This document shows, piece by piece, positions 49,550-60,935 of a stretch of 64,000 bases of DNA. This stretch comes from an uncultured Nitrospiraceae bacterium (GTDB lineage: Bacteria; Nitrospirota; Thermodesulfovibrionia; Thermodesulfovibrionales; Dissulfurispiraceae), in the NCBI GenBank assembly GCA_963727805.1, contig CAVSHF010000005.1:32001-96000 (forward strand), written 5' to 3'. Made by a program: the position numbers and the translations under genes. Below the pieces are notes generated by a model. That model was given only the letters and a program-made list of their open reading frames with translations, had not been told where the DNA came from and did not search any database. Positions within the stretch are counted from its first letter, which is position 1. Each line of letters begins with the position of its first letter.

Positions 49550-50862
49550 TTATAACAACATTTTCCATATGTACCCTGCACAAGCCGAGCCAATAATCAC
49601 CGGGATCATCGGCCAGTGGCGGTACTGTATTCCCCAAAAGGTTATCACCGACGCGCCGAGCGCGTACCATTCGATGCCACCACCCTCAGGCAAGATTGCA
49701 TGATGAGTAAAGATAACACCGAGATTCAACACCACACCTACGACTGCGGCTGTGACCGCAGCAAGAGCCGTAGAAAGCAGCGCATTCTTGCGGAGCACCT
49801 CTACAAATGGCGCAAAGAGGAGTATCATTAAGAACGAAGGGGCGAAGGTTACCCATGTTGTAAGGAGACCACCAAGCAGTCCGGCAAGAATAGGATTGAG
49901 ATCACCAGGGTTTAGGTAAGCAGCAAGGGAGCCGACAAACTGGTTAACCATGATGAGCGGTCCCGGCGTGGTTTCAGCGAGTGCAAGCCCGTCCATCATC
50001 TGCTCGGGCTGAAGCCAGCCATAGTGCTGCACCGCCTCCTGTCCGACATAGGCGAGTACTGCATAGGCTCCTCCGAAGGTTACCAATGCCGCCTTGCTGA
50101 AGAGCATGCCGATGTCCATAAAAATGCTCTTTCCTTTCCAAAGAGCCACTACTACGAGCGGTGATGCCCAAACGGCCAGCCAGATTGCTGCGGTAGACAA
50201 CGCCGGACGCCAACCTGTTTCGCGCATTTGTGCCGCCAGCCCGCCTATTAATGTGTGCGCGTCTGCCTGCGTCGTCTCTGTACTGCCGAAGAGCTGTGGC
50301 GCCCGCTGTTTTGCGACAAAACCTACAGCTGCCGCAGAAAACACGATCACGGGGAATGGCACAGATAGCGAGTATATTGAGACAAACGAGGCTGCTGCTA
50401 TCACAACTAAGAACCAGTTTTTTAGAGATTTTCTTGCTATCCTGAAAACCGCATCAGCTACAATGGCGACTATAGCCGGTTTTAACCCATATAGGAGCGC
50501 AGCAACGGCTGGGACGGTTCCCATTGAAGCATAAAGCCACGAAAGCCCCAGCAGGACAAACACCGACGGCAGCACAAAAAGTGTTCCAGCTACAATGCCT
50601 CCCCATGTGCCATGCATCAGCCAGCCTATGTACGTCGCGAGCTGTTGTGCCTCGGGTCCGGGAAGGAGCATGCAAAAGTTGAGTGCCTGGAGGAAATGGT
50701 TTTCGCCTATCCACTTCCGCCTATCCACTTCCGCCTATCCACCAGTTCCTTGTGCATCATTGCTATCTGCCCTGTCGGTCCACCGAAGCTGATACAGCCG
50801 AGCTTGAGCCAGTAGCGAAAAGTTTCCCCAAAGGACGGATGATCGGGTTTAGTGCTGTTCAT
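49550..50862 (-). pseudogene. chrA: Chromate efflux transporter ChrA, frameshifted by a 14-bp duplication
   Basis: KLG.ISFGGP.GQIA in one frame; LPGPEAQQLA and TFGGAYAVL in another; tandem CGCCTATCCACTTC at 50704-50742. Confidence 0.88.
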
Positions 50863-50875
50863 TCGTTCAGTCCTC

Positions 50876-51877
50876 TCACGTTTTGCTTATGTAGAGCATT
50901 TCGAACACCGCAATCCCATTTTCAAGCGCCTCTGAGTCATCTTTTGCCGACTTCCTTATGCCTGAGAGGATATCTTCCAGTCCTTTAGCTCCAGAGGCCT
51001 TGTATTTATCGTCTCTCATGTCGAGGTCGTGAACGATTTCCGCCATCTTCCTGAGAATCTTATCCTTCAGCCCAAAAGCCTTGATCAGTACCTCAAAGGT
51101 GCACAAGTCACCCGAGTGAGTAAACTCTCCTCCCCTGATATCAAAAGTGGAGGAATTCCTATCAATGTCATCGATCTCCTTCTCGTCTATAAAGCCAAAT
51201 TCAGCCTTGCTGTCTATGAATTTCTTAATCAACCAAGCTGAGGCCATGCGGTCGATGAAGGGCTTCTTCCTTGTGAGCCATAGCCGCCCATGATATTTTG
51301 TAATGTCTCTGGTCAGAATAGGACTATCTTTTTTTACCTCGGCGCCAGCGAACACCACGATCTGAGTCTTCACATCGCGTATTCTTTCAATCAGCCTCTT
51401 TCCCCCGATTGAATGGAAAAAATCGACCGCCGCGATGCTGTCGTATTCCTTGACGAGCTTGTCGAACTGCTCGGAAATGACCTTGATATCCTGTACCCTG
51501 GCCCCTTTCTGTATACTGCCGAGCCTCCTCTCAAGATCATCGAGGGATTTTCCGATGTCCCGGTAATCAGATCCCCTATGCTCATTAAAAAGATCGATTA
51601 TTTCTGAATCCTTCATTGTTTCGATCTTCTCTATTCGCGCAAAGGCACCTTCGCCCTTCATCCCGGAAATTTCAGACACAAGCCATTGCAACAATTCATA
51701 GTGCTCCTCGGTATCGGGCAATATGTAAACGGCTCCTTTTAACTGAGCTGCTCCAACCTTCATCAGCCTTCTCCAAACCCTAACCCTGTTGCTCACTGGC
51801 TTTGAGGGCACAGAGTAGAAAAAAAGCAGCCAAGAAAGAGGCTGTTTATCAGCGGGGGTTTGTTTCTTCTTATTCAT
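50876..51877 (-). CDS. chrB: Chromate resistance regulator ChrB
   Basis: [38 protein letters not shown]. Confidence 0.9.
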   Translation of the reverse strand: MNKKKQTPADKQPLSWLLFFYSVPSKPVSNRVRVWRRLMKVGAAQLKGAVYILPDTEEHYELLQWLVSEISGMKGEGAFARIEKIETMKDSEIIDLFNEHRGSDYRDIGKSLDDLERRLGSIQKGARVQDIKVISEQFDKLVKEYDSIAAVDFFHSIGGKRLIERIRDVKTQIVVFAGAEVKKDSPILTRDITKYHGRLWLTRKKPFIDRMASAWLIKKFIDSKAEFGFIDEKEIDDIDRNSSTFDIRGGEFTHSGDLCTFEVLIKAFGLKDKILRKMAEIVHDLDMRDDKYKASGAKGLEDILSGIRKSAKDDSEALENGIAVFEMLYISKT

Positions 51878-51903
51878 ATTATGTTCCTCTTTCTATCCGG
51901 AAT

Positions 51904-52197
51904 TTACGATTCGTTTTCCCATGCCTCAAGACCGCCTTCGATTAATCGGGCTCGTATGCCTTTGCTTAAAAGCTCGTCAAGAACACTGTTGCTGACTGAG
52001 CCACCCCTAGCGCAATAAATAACGACATCCCGGTCTATAGGCAGTTCTCCCGCCCAATCTAGCACAGCGTCAGGCTGTTTCCGCAATGCGCCTTCGATCC
52101 TTTGTGGTCCCGTAGTTAAATCCACTTCACGGCGGACATCAACAATGATGACGTCCTTTAGCTCCTTAAGCTCTTTTGGTTTTATCGATCTTTCCAT
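51904..52197 (-). CDS. Rhodanese-like protein
   Basis: DVR, VIYC..G, IEGG.EAW. Confidence 0.85.
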   Translation of the reverse strand: MERSIKPKELKELKDVIIVDVRREVDLTTGPQRIEGALRKQPDAVLDWAGELPIDRDVVIYCARGGSVSNSVLDELLSKGIRARLIEGGLEAWENES

Positions 52198-52215
52198 ATA
52201 GTACCCTCTAAACAC

Positions 52216-52656
52216 CTACGATTTATCTGTTGACACACGATGTTTGCAATATGCATACAGTGCATCATAGACAATGAACTCACGTTCCAGTATCTCATGA
52301 TCCGACAGCCCGAGCATGCTGAATCCTAGCGCTAACGCAAGCAGTCCCGGCGCTTCAGGCCTACCGTATAAATCGTTTGAAACGTCGGCCCCATGTACCA
52401 TTTTCGCGAGCAGGAGCAGTACAGGATCCGTTATTTTATACTCCGTCACAAGAGCCTCAAAGCTGCATCTTCCCTCATGATGTCAATATTTGACACCTGA
52501 AATGTCATAGGGGATTGCCTTCTATACCTCAGCTATCGGAAGAACGCTGTCTGTAGGAACAAACAGGAACTCCGCGTCTGGATCGATGAACTTCTTGATA
52601 AGCCATGGATAGGCAACTCGGTCAACTTTTACTTTTTCGCGCGTTATCCATTTCAT
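52216..52656 (-). pseudogene. ChrB C-terminal-domain (ChrF-like) protein with two internal stops
   Basis: [22 protein letters not shown]...EV*KAIPYD...Y*HH..RCSFE. Confidence 0.8.
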
Positions 52657-52669
52657 GATCTATCTCCTT

Positions 52670-53887
52670 TTATCTGCTACAGGTGCCGAATGCTTTAGCA
52701 TCCTTTTTCCCAAATGATAGCGTCTGTTTTCCCATGAAAAAGAGGAAAACGAGAGCGATGACCACGAGCAGTCCTCCTGGCGCGATAAACGCATAACTGA
52801 ATCCAAAATAGCCGGCGACAATGCCTGCAACAAGTGGACCGGTCGTATGGCCGATATCCATAATTGATCCCAGTACTCCCATTGCTGACCCTCGCTCCTC
52901 ACAACGACTTGCATCAGCAATGAGAGCTGATGTTGCGGAGGTCACGATGGACAGGCAGAGGCCGAGCAAAATGCTCGCTGTAAACATTGTTTCAAATGAG
53001 GGTGAGAGACCAAAAGAACTTATGCAGAGTGCTCCCATCAATGCTCCATAAAAAATCTGCGGCTTCCGCCCGTGTCTATCAGAAAAGCGTCCCATGAGAG
53101 GCTTCGTAAGAGCTAATGTCAGAACCTGTGAAGAAAGCATAATCCCGATTGCCGTTGTGCCGATACCAGCTTTTTGTGCGGTAAGCGGCACGAAGGTTTC
53201 AAAGGTTCCATAAGCAAAGAGTATTGAAGCTTCTACGATACTTGTGATAATGATGGTGCGGGACGAAACCACAGCCAGGAAGCCCTGTCGGATTCCATTC
53301 CAGGTTCTTCTTTCTTCGTGGTGCTCTTCAACAACCGGCATCCGCAGAGTCAGCCAAAGGGTAACGACACCCATAGCACCACAGAATGCGTAAACTGCTT
53401 CGAAGCGCATATCGCCTAGCAGTGTAACGGCACTCAGGATGACACCCCCGATAATCGGAGCGCAGAATCTACCCAGGAGGGTTGCCGTAGAAAACCAGCC
53501 CATCTTCTCGCCGCGCTGCTTAAGAAAAAGATCCGACACAAATGCCATGCCTACTGGCACAAATATGGCTGTTCCGAAGCCATGTAGGAAACGCACCAGT
53601 GCGAGCTGCCAGATCTGTTCCACTAACAGATACATAAAAGGTACAGTCGAAAACACCAAAGAGGAAAGAATCAGCAGTCTTCTGCGACCAAAGCGATCGG
53701 CCATCAAGCCGGCTGGAATACTGAACAGAACTCCGGTCAGGGCTGATACTGCAGCGACCATGCCGATCTCAGACGGGTCAGCTCCCAGATGGGCAGCGAA
53801 GAGCGGCAGCACCGGGCTCTTCGAGATCGTCGAACTGAAGATCGCAAAGAACCCGGTTATGCAGAGGAATCGAAACGGACTCATCAT
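52670..53887 (-). CDS. MFS transporter
   Basis: G.MADRFGRR, GRFSDRHGRK, ~12 TM segments. Confidence 0.92.
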   Translation of the reverse strand: MMSPFRFLCITGFFAIFSSTISKSPVLPLFAAHLGADPSEIGMVAAVSALTGVLFSIPAGLMADRFGRRRLLILSSLVFSTVPFMYLLVEQIWQLALVRFLHGFGTAIFVPVGMAFVSDLFLKQRGEKMGWFSTATLLGRFCAPIIGGVILSAVTLLGDMRFEAVYAFCGAMGVVTLWLTLRMPVVEEHHEERRTWNGIRQGFLAVVSSRTIIITSIVEASILFAYGTFETFVPLTAQKAGIGTTAIGIMLSSQVLTLALTKPLMGRFSDRHGRKPQIFYGALMGALCISSFGLSPSFETMFTASILLGLCLSIVTSATSALIADASRCEERGSAMGVLGSIMDIGHTTGPLVAGIVAGYFGFSYAFIAPGGLLVVIALVFLFFMGKQTLSFGKKDAKAFGTCSR

Positions 53888-53987
53888 ATCGGACTTTCCT
53901 CATCCAGAGTACACGGGTGGCGGTTTCTGCGGAAATTGCGATAGAAACCACCTCCTGTGTCCTTCAAACATCGTATCTTCTGATTCA

Positions 53988-54016
53988 AATGTAACATGCG
54001 TTACTTATTTTGTCAA
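53988..54016 (-). promoter_or_regulatory. sigma70 promoter of the MFS/chr cluster with a palindromic operator
   Basis: TTGACA-N17-TACATT with GTAAC-N4-GTTAC overlapping. Confidence 0.6.
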
Positions 54017-54261
54017 GCATAATTATTGAACGTTGTGCATCTCCCTCACAGACCACAAAATACAAAGACGTCTGCCTTACATGCTGTCCACGTAACGCAT
54101 ACTTGTGTATTCTGGTAAACATTAGTTTACTTGTGTGCAGTTCCTAGTGCACTCTGGCAAATGAGAGCTGCATTGTAGTCACTGTTACCTCATGCTTTGG
54201 TCATTTGTCCCGCTGACAATTACTGATTACAATATGTGTATCTGGTATACGGAGGTGCAAT

Positions 54262-57200
54262 ATGTCTTTCACGAAAAATACCCTCACTGAAATAATAGCC
54301 TCCCTCCGCCCTCGCTCACTGCAATTCATCAGGAGCCGGCGCGCAAAGACCATTGGAATAATCGCCCTTATCTCTTTCATCCTCTTTTCCATTATCGGCT
54401 TTTTCGTCCTGCCGCCCTACATCAAGCAAATCGCCATTGAGAAGCTAAGTAAAGAACTCGCCCGTGAAGTAAGCATAGAATCGATTAGCCTCAATCCCTA
54501 TACCCTTTCGGCCACAATCAAGGGAGTTGTCATTAAGGAGCCCGACAAGAGCCAGACTTTTGTTTCTCTTGGCAGCCTCCACCTGAATCTGGGGATGATG
54601 TCCCTTATCAAATGGGGTCTTGTTATCAAAGAGATCAAAGTCGAAAAACCTTATTTCCATATCGTCCGGACCGCTGCGAATTCCTATAATTTTTCCGATA
54701 TCATGGAACATGCTAATAAGCCTGCTGACACTGCGCCGCCTTCGAAGCCCTTGCGCTTCTCTCTGAATAATATCCAGATCACTGATGGAAGCATTGACTT
54801 TATAGACAGACCGATGGGAAAGGAACATGCGGTGCGCGCTCTCGCAATTTCCATTCCCTTCATCTCGAACCTGCCATCCTATGTAGACGCTTTTGTGGAG
54901 CCTTCGCTCAAAGCCACTGTCAATGGGACCGATGTCGTCTTCAAGGGCGACACAAAGCTCTTCTCAGACTCGCATGAGACGTCGCTGAACCTCAACCTCA
55001 AAGACTTCAACCTGCCCTTTTATCTGACCTATTTGCCCGTTAAGCCGAAGGCAAACATACGCTCTGGTCTTCTGGACATCGGCATAGTCCTCGCATATCG
55101 TCAATACCGAGACCGTCTTCCAACGCTTACGATCTCCGGTGATCTGCTGCTCAAAAAACTTGACATCGTCGATCTCAAGAATGCACCGGTGGCGAGTCTC
55201 GATTCTTTTGCCTTTTCGATTACGTCGGCTGAACTTTTTGATAAACGCTTCTCCTTCTCAAACATTGTGCTCCAGTCTCCCCACATCACGGTCACCCGCG
55301 ATAGCAGTGGAACTTTGACGCTTTTCAGCCTGCTCCCCGAGCAGTCCACCCCAGTCCAGAAGCAGGAAACCTCTTCGTCCACTGAAGCAAAGGTATCCGT
55401 GGAAGCGGGTAATGTCGAGGTCAGAAAGGGCGTCATCTCCTTTTCCGATGCGAGTACCACGAAACCCTTTACCACAAACCTGAGCCAGATAGAGGTGCGC
55501 GTGGCACACTTCAGCAACGCGAAAGACAAACAAACCACATTCTCCTCAGCCTTCATCACAGAGTCGGGAGAGATCGTGAAGGTGGACGGCGACTTCGGCA
55601 TGGACCCGCTCTTTTGTGAGGCGAAACTCTCATTAGCATCTCTTTCACTGAAGAAGTATATGCCCTATCTCGCAAAACAGGTCCGCTTTGACGTTGTTGG
55701 CGGGAATGTCGATTTGATGACCGGAATCAGATACCGTGCGAGCGGCGAGAAACCGGTGATGCAACTTACCGCCCTCGAAGCATCCCTTAAAGATTTCCGT
55801 GCCGCGATGAGGAATGAGAAGGCTGATTTCCTGAAAGTCCCCGCATTTTCGATCAAAGATACCACCATCGATCTTACGGAACAGAAGGTTGAAATCGGTT
55901 CTATGTCTACGGACAAAGGATTTATCGTTGTCCGTCGGGATAAGGATGGTTCTCTCAACCTTGCAAATCTGATGCCTCCCAGTCCGCACCCCGCAAAACC
56001 GCTTAAGCCCAAAGCTAAGGAGGCGAAGCCGCTGCCTTGGCTTATTACCATTCGTTCCCTGAATGCTGATCACTATGCTGCCAAGGTCGAAGATCTCTCG
56101 ACGGCCGAACCCTTCAGGCTCGATCTCGACGGGATCGCGTTCAAGGCGGAAGGCCTCTCAACAGCAAAAGATACCAAAGCCACGACCTCCTTTTCGTGTC
56201 GCGTCGCCAAAAAGGGAACAGTGACAGCATCGGGGAACGTTTTCCTTGAACCGCTCAAAGTAGCGCTGTCCATCAATGTCAAGAACCTGCCTGTTGCGCC
56301 TTTGCAACCTTACGTAGCGGATAAGGTCAAGGTGTTAATCGCTGGTGGCGCCGTCAATGCCGGCGGGAGGGTCACCGCCTTCATGTCCCCAAAGGAAGGC
56401 CTCAAGGCTTCGTACAAGGGTAAAGTCTGGATAAACCACTTTGCCACTGCGGACCGCGCTACCGCTGAGGACCTGCTCAAGTGGGACACACTCTACCTCG
56501 GCGAAATGGATGTCCGTTATGCTCCTCTTTTTGTTCATATCAATGAGATAGCCCTTACTAATTTCTATTCACGCATCGTCATAAGTGAGAACCGGACGAT
56601 AAATCTGCAGGAGGTCTTCAATACCTCCCAGCCTCAACAGCAGGCTGCCGTTCAGGGACAACCGGCGCAGACAGCAACGCCGCCCGCTGCCAGCGCTCAG
56701 CAGGCTCCTCAGCAGAAGCCTGAACAGAAGAATATAAGTATCGACAAGATCACACTCCAGGGTGGTACTATTGACTTCACCGACCATAGCGTCAAGCCTT
56801 CCTTCAGCGCAAACCTCCTCGAAATAGGCGGTAGCATCTCTGGGTTATCATCGGAAGAAAACAAGTTTGGCGATATCGATCTCAGGGGCAAGTATGACCG
56901 TTATGCACCACTTGAAATCACCGGCAAGATCAACCCGCTCAGAGACGATCTTTATGTTCAACTAAAAGCTGACTTCAAGGATATGGACCTTACCGCGGCA
57001 ACCCCTTATTCAGGCCGTTATGCAGGATACACTATCCAGAAAGGTAAGCTTTCCTTTCAAGTCGAATACCTGATCGTAAAGAGCAAACTGGATGCCAAGA
57101 ACACCGTCTTTCTTGACCAGTTTACTTTTGGCGAGCACGTCGAAAGTCCGAATGCGACAAAACTACCGGTAAAGCTTGCTATCGCTCTGCTGAAGAACCG

Positions 57201-57924
57201 AAGAGGCGAGATTAAGCTCGACATCCCTGTAAGTGGTGATATCAACGATCCGAAGTTCAGCATCGGCAGCATCATTCTCAAAATCCTCCTCAACCTTCTT
57301 GCAAAGGCAGCTACCTCGCCATTCGCCTTACTGGGAGCCGTATTTGGCGGCGGCGGAGAGCAGCTCAGCTATATCGAGTTTGATTACGGAGTATCCACAT
57401 TTTCAGATGAATCGAAGAAGAAGCTCGACACACTCGTTAAGATACTCGAAGATCGACCGGGACTCAAGATGGATATCGAGGGTCACGCCGACCTTGAGAA
57501 AGACCGCGAAGGACTTAAACATTATCTTATAACGCGTAAGGTGAAAGCACAAAAGATTAAAGACCTCACCAAGAAGGGAAAAGAGGCACCATCCCTTAAT
57601 ACCGTGACGGTAACAGACCAGGAGTATCCTGAATACCTGAAGCGTGCCTACAAGGAGGAAAAGTTTCCCAAGCCTCGGAACCTTATCGGCATGGCCAAGG
57701 ACCTGCCGGTGCCGGAGATGGAGAAACTAATGCTCACCAACATGAAGGTGACCGATGAAGACTTGAAAGCCTTGGCATCTGAGCGTGCAATGGCGATCAA
57801 AGATTACCTTTTGAAATCGAAGGAGATCGAACAGGAGCGCATTTTTCTCATCGACCCCAAGTCACTGCAGGCCGAGAAAAAGGAGTCGGCGAAAGCAAGC
57901 CGGGTGGATTTCAAGCTTAAATGA
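54262..57924 (+). CDS. DUF748 domain envelope protein
   Basis: 1220 aa, N-terminal TM, repeated beta-rich units, LPVKLAIALLK...I.LDIPVSG.I.DP.F, KAATSPF. Confidence 0.88.
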   Translation: MSFTKNTLTEIIASLRPRSLQFIRSRRAKTIGIIALISFILFSIIGFFVLPPYIKQIAIEKLSKELAREVSIESISLNPYTLSATIKGVVIKEPDKSQTFVSLGSLHLNLGMMSLIKWGLVIKEIKVEKPYFHIVRTAANSYNFSDIMEHANKPADTAPPSKPLRFSLNNIQITDGSIDFIDRPMGKEHAVRALAISIPFISNLPSYVDAFVEPSLKATVNGTDVVFKGDTKLFSDSHETSLNLNLKDFNLPFYLTYLPVKPKANIRSGLLDIGIVLAYRQYRDRLPTLTISGDLLLKKLDIVDLKNAPVASLDSFAFSITSAELFDKRFSFSNIVLQSPHITVTRDSSGTLTLFSLLPEQSTPVQKQETSSSTEAKVSVEAGNVEVRKGVISFSDASTTKPFTTNLSQIEVRVAHFSNAKDKQTTFSSAFITESGEIVKVDGDFGMDPLFCEAKLSLASLSLKKYMPYLAKQVRFDVVGGNVDLMTGIRYRASGEKPVMQLTALEASLKDFRAAMRNEKADFLKVPAFSIKDTTIDLTEQKVEIGSMSTDKGFIVVRRDKDGSLNLANLMPPSPHPAKPLKPKAKEAKPLPWLITIRSLNADHYAAKVEDLSTAEPFRLDLDGIAFKAEGLSTAKDTKATTSFSCRVAKKGTVTASGNVFLEPLKVALSINVKNLPVAPLQPYVADKVKVLIAGGAVNAGGRVTAFMSPKEGLKASYKGKVWINHFATADRATAEDLLKWDTLYLGEMDVRYAPLFVHINEIALTNFYSRIVISENRTINLQEVFNTSQPQQQAAVQGQPAQTATPPAASAQQAPQQKPEQKNISIDKITLQGGTIDFTDHSVKPSFSANLLEIGGSISGLSSEENKFGDIDLRGKYDRYAPLEITGKINPLRDDLYVQLKADFKDMDLTAATPYSGRYAGYTIQKGKLSFQVEYLIVKSKLDAKNTVFLDQFTFGEHVESPNATKLPVKLAIALLKNRRGEIKLDIPVSGDINDPKFSIGSIILKILLNLLAKAATSPFALLGAVFGGGGEQLSYIEFDYGVSTFSDESKKKLDTLVKILEDRPGLKMDIEGHADLEKDREGLKHYLITRKVKAQKIKDLTKKGKEAPSLNTVTVTDQEYPEYLKRAYKEEKFPKPRNLIGMAKDLPVPEMEKLMLTNMKVTDEDLKALASERAMAIKDYLLKSKEIEQERIFLIDPKSLQAEKKESAKASRVDFKLK

Positions 57925-57944
57925 TCCATAAGGAGGATAGACAC

Positions 57945-58673
57945 ATGAAGACTGCTGTAATAGCAATACTGTTTCTGCTAATAGCCTACCTTACCGGGGC
58001 TTCAGCCGGATTGTTCGATGATGCCCTGAAGGCCGTTGAGCAGCCGTCGCCAAAGGCATCGCAAAAGTCTCCCGACGAAAAAACGACCGCCTCAGGCCTC
58101 CAAGAGGCACTTACTATCGGGACCAAGAACGCTGTCAAAGAGGTCTCCAAGGTCAACGGATATTTCGGTAACGAGGCCATAAAGATATTGCTGCCCGACA
58201 AGATCAAAAAGGCGGGCGATATGCTTAGCACTATCGGCTTCAAGAAGGAAGTGAACGATTTCGTCCTGAGCATGAACCAAGCTGCTGAAAAGGCGGCTCC
58301 TAAGGCATTGCCGATCTTCGAGGACGCAATCAAGCATATGACCTTTGACGACGCGAAGAAGATCCTACAGGGTGGCGATACAGCAGCGACCGCTTTTTTC
58401 AAGGAAAAAACGCAAGTCAAACTGTTCGACGAATTCAAGCCAGTTGTTACCGGAAGTATGGAAAAGGTCGGCGTTGCGCAGTCATACAAGAAAATGACGG
58501 CAGGATATGATCAGTTGCCTTTCGTGAAGAAAGAAGATGTGGATCTTGATCAGTATATTACAAATAAAGCCCTCGATGGACTGTACTACATGGTCGGGCA
58601 GGAGGAGAAAAAAATCAGGACCGACCCCGCTGCACAAGTTACCGACCTGCTAAAGAAGGTGTTTGGAAAATAG
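57945..58673 (+). CDS. DUF4197 domain protein
   Basis: GL.EAL..G, MN.AAE.A, AAT.F, ALDGL......EE..IR.DP. Confidence 0.88.
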   Translation: MKTAVIAILFLLIAYLTGASAGLFDDALKAVEQPSPKASQKSPDEKTTASGLQEALTIGTKNAVKEVSKVNGYFGNEAIKILLPDKIKKAGDMLSTIGFKKEVNDFVLSMNQAAEKAAPKALPIFEDAIKHMTFDDAKKILQGGDTAATAFFKEKTQVKLFDEFKPVVTGSMEKVGVAQSYKKMTAGYDQLPFVKKEDVDLDQYITNKALDGLYYMVGQEEKKIRTDPAAQVTDLLKKVFGK

Positions 58674-58844
58674 CAGGACAAAGCACAGTTGATTTGCCGG
58701 CCACACAGGATGATCAATGGATACCCAATGGGATATGTCCATGTATATTGTCGGGATAGTTACTGATGTTCTGAACTCCTTACGAATACATGCCAGGCAC
58801 AGTGAAAAGACGAACCACTAGCCCAACACATGAGGTGGCAGCAA

Positions 58845-59321
58845 GTGCGACTTTGGACAATCCATCCGAAATATCTCGACCTCCGTGGTCTAGTAGCAGT
58901 ATGGCGAGAAGCCTTGCTTGCCCAAAAGGTGTTGCGTGGGCAAACCGTTGGCTATCGGGCTCATCCACAACTCATCCGCTTCCGCATCCAGCCGCGCCCG
59001 GTCACTTCCATTGCACAATATCTGCTGGGTATCTATGCGGAGGCTGTTGCAAGAGGGTATGGATTCGATCCATCCAGGATCGGACGCAGTCGATCATCGC
59101 AAAAAATCGTCGAAACCGACGGGCAATTGCTTTATGAGTGGCAACTCCTTAAGGATAAGCTGCAAATGCGAAGCCCCGACGAGTTTATGAGGATAAGACA
59201 TGTGACATCGCCCGAACCGCATCCTTTATTTACTATTATTCGCGGCAATGTGCGCGAGTGGGAGCGCGTCAGGGTCATCGGCTCAAGTAACATTAGTAGA
59301 AGCAGTGAGTTGCATAGCTGA
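58845..59321 (+). CDS. Pyrimidine-dimer DNA glycosylase/endonuclease V family
   Basis: RLWTIHPKYLD..GLVA.WREALLAQ, GY..HPQL.RF. Confidence 0.85.
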   Translation: MRLWTIHPKYLDLRGLVAVWREALLAQKVLRGQTVGYRAHPQLIRFRIQPRPVTSIAQYLLGIYAEAVARGYGFDPSRIGRSRSSQKIVETDGQLLYEWQLLKDKLQMRSPDEFMRIRHVTSPEPHPLFTIIRGNVREWERVRVIGSSNISRSSELHS

Positions 59322-59354
59322 ATTTAAACTACCGGGAAAAAGTTAACGATAAAC

Positions 59355-59963
59355 ATGAAGGTATCAGTCATTCTTGCTCATCCTCAGAAGGGCAGTTTCA
59401 ATAGTGCCATAGCGTTAACAACCGTTGATCAGTTAAAACGGAATGGTCATGAAGTCCGTTTCCATGATTTGTACGAGGAAAAGTTCGATCCCATTCTCAA
59501 GGATACTGAAATACCGAAAAATGCTGACTTGCCGGGATCAGTAGCCGATCACTGCAGGGAAATTGCTGAAGCAGAAGGCATAGTGATTGTCCATCCAAAC
59601 TGGTGGGGGCAACCTCCGGCAATTTTGAAGGGCTGGATTGACAGAGTTATGCGCCCGGGAGTTGCGTACGAATTTCTTGACAACGATGCCGGAGAAGGCA
59701 TACCGAACGGGTTACTCAAGGCAAGCGTTGCCATTGTGTTCAATACGTCGAACACCGAAACAGTAAGGGAAAAGATCATTTTTGGCGATCCTCTAGAAAC
59801 AATATGGAAAAACTGTATATTCGCGCTTTGCGGTATCGGAACTGTTTACCGGCGGATGTTCAATGTCATTGTCACAAGCACGGAAGAGGAGCGGAATATC
59901 TGGTTAGACGAGGTTAGGCAATCGGTTAACGAATTATTTCCATACTATCGACCCCCTCAGTAA
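59355..59963 (+). CDS. NAD(P)H-dependent oxidoreductase (flavodoxin_2)
   Basis: AHP..GSFN, DLY, P.WW..PPA.LKGWIDRV. Confidence 0.9.
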   Translation: MKVSVILAHPQKGSFNSAIALTTVDQLKRNGHEVRFHDLYEEKFDPILKDTEIPKNADLPGSVADHCREIAEAEGIVIVHPNWWGQPPAILKGWIDRVMRPGVAYEFLDNDAGEGIPNGLLKASVAIVFNTSNTETVREKIIFGDPLETIWKNCIFALCGIGTVYRRMFNVIVTSTEEERNIWLDEVRQSVNELFPYYRPPQ

Positions 59964-60023
59964 GCCTCACCTTACAGTCAGCGGTTTGGATTGCTCAGCT
60001 GATTTCGGGTATTCTATAACCAT

Positions 60024-60908
60024 ATGATTAAAGATATCACCGAGAGGCTCTATTCCGATATCCCGAAGGAAACCCTCTATCACTATACCACGTTTACGGG
60101 CCTGCTTGGCATTGTAAAAAGCGGAGCGCTATGGGCTAGCGACATCCGCTATATGAACGACTCGGCAGAGATGAAACATACTGCTGATCTCATTGGCACC
60201 GAGATTGCTCAACGCATAGCCGGCGGACACTCGAATCCTAATTTACTGAACCAGTTTATGGACTGGGTATCGCACCGGTTCACCAATGGACATATGTTGT
60301 TCGGCGCATCATTCAGGTCCAATGGTAATCTGCTGAGCCAATGGCGCGGTTATAGCTCACTTGGCAAAGGTGTGAGTATAGGCTTTGATCCGGCCCATTT
60401 ATTGAAGTGCGCTGTGCGACAGTCGTTTCAGGTCGGTAAGTGTATCTATGCATCTTCGGAACAACTTGCACTTATCAAGCAAGTGGTTGATGCGGTAGAA
60501 ATTCTTGCGGAGGAGCGTGTCGGGAATGCCGACGAGTCAAAAGGGCATACGGCTCAATCTTATTACGAGGTTTTTGAAAAAATAGAAAGTGATCTTCTCC
60601 GCATCGCGGCCATATTAAAACACCCATCGTTTCAGGAGGAAGAGGAATGGCGCATTGTATCTCCGGTCCTGACTGATTATGTAACGTCCCCGGTCCTGTT
60701 CCGGGAAGGCACCTCGATGCTCGTGCCGTACCTTGCGTTCGGTCTCCTGCCCGAAAAAAAAGGTCCCATACCTTTGGAGCACATTTTCCTCGGGCCGACA
60801 CCTAACATCAATCTTTCCATGAATTCACTGACTATGTTTCTGTCGCAGAAAGGCATCAAGCCCAGGAATGGGATAGCATACTGCCAGATTCCTTATCGTC
60901 AGCGGTAA
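60024..60908 (+). CDS. DUF2971 domain protein
   Basis: LYHYT, MND..E, LSQWRGY, KH..F.EE.EWR. Confidence 0.85.
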   Translation: MIKDITERLYSDIPKETLYHYTTFTGLLGIVKSGALWASDIRYMNDSAEMKHTADLIGTEIAQRIAGGHSNPNLLNQFMDWVSHRFTNGHMLFGASFRSNGNLLSQWRGYSSLGKGVSIGFDPAHLLKCAVRQSFQVGKCIYASSEQLALIKQVVDAVEILAEERVGNADESKGHTAQSYYEVFEKIESDLLRIAAILKHPSFQEEEEWRIVSPVLTDYVTSPVLFREGTSMLVPYLAFGLLPEKKGPIPLEHIFLGPTPNINLSMNSLTMFLSQKGIKPRNGIAYCQIPYRQR

Positions 60909-60935
60909 CAAGGCCCGACTTGGCGAGGACCGTGA

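Noticed and set aside
26935..52530. Stop-codon recoding suggested by in-frame stops (hydrolase, zinc ribbon, istA, istB, chrF-like)
   Set aside because: All three stop codons are involved, they replace different residues, and core genes such as purL are uninterrupted; pseudogenisation is simpler.
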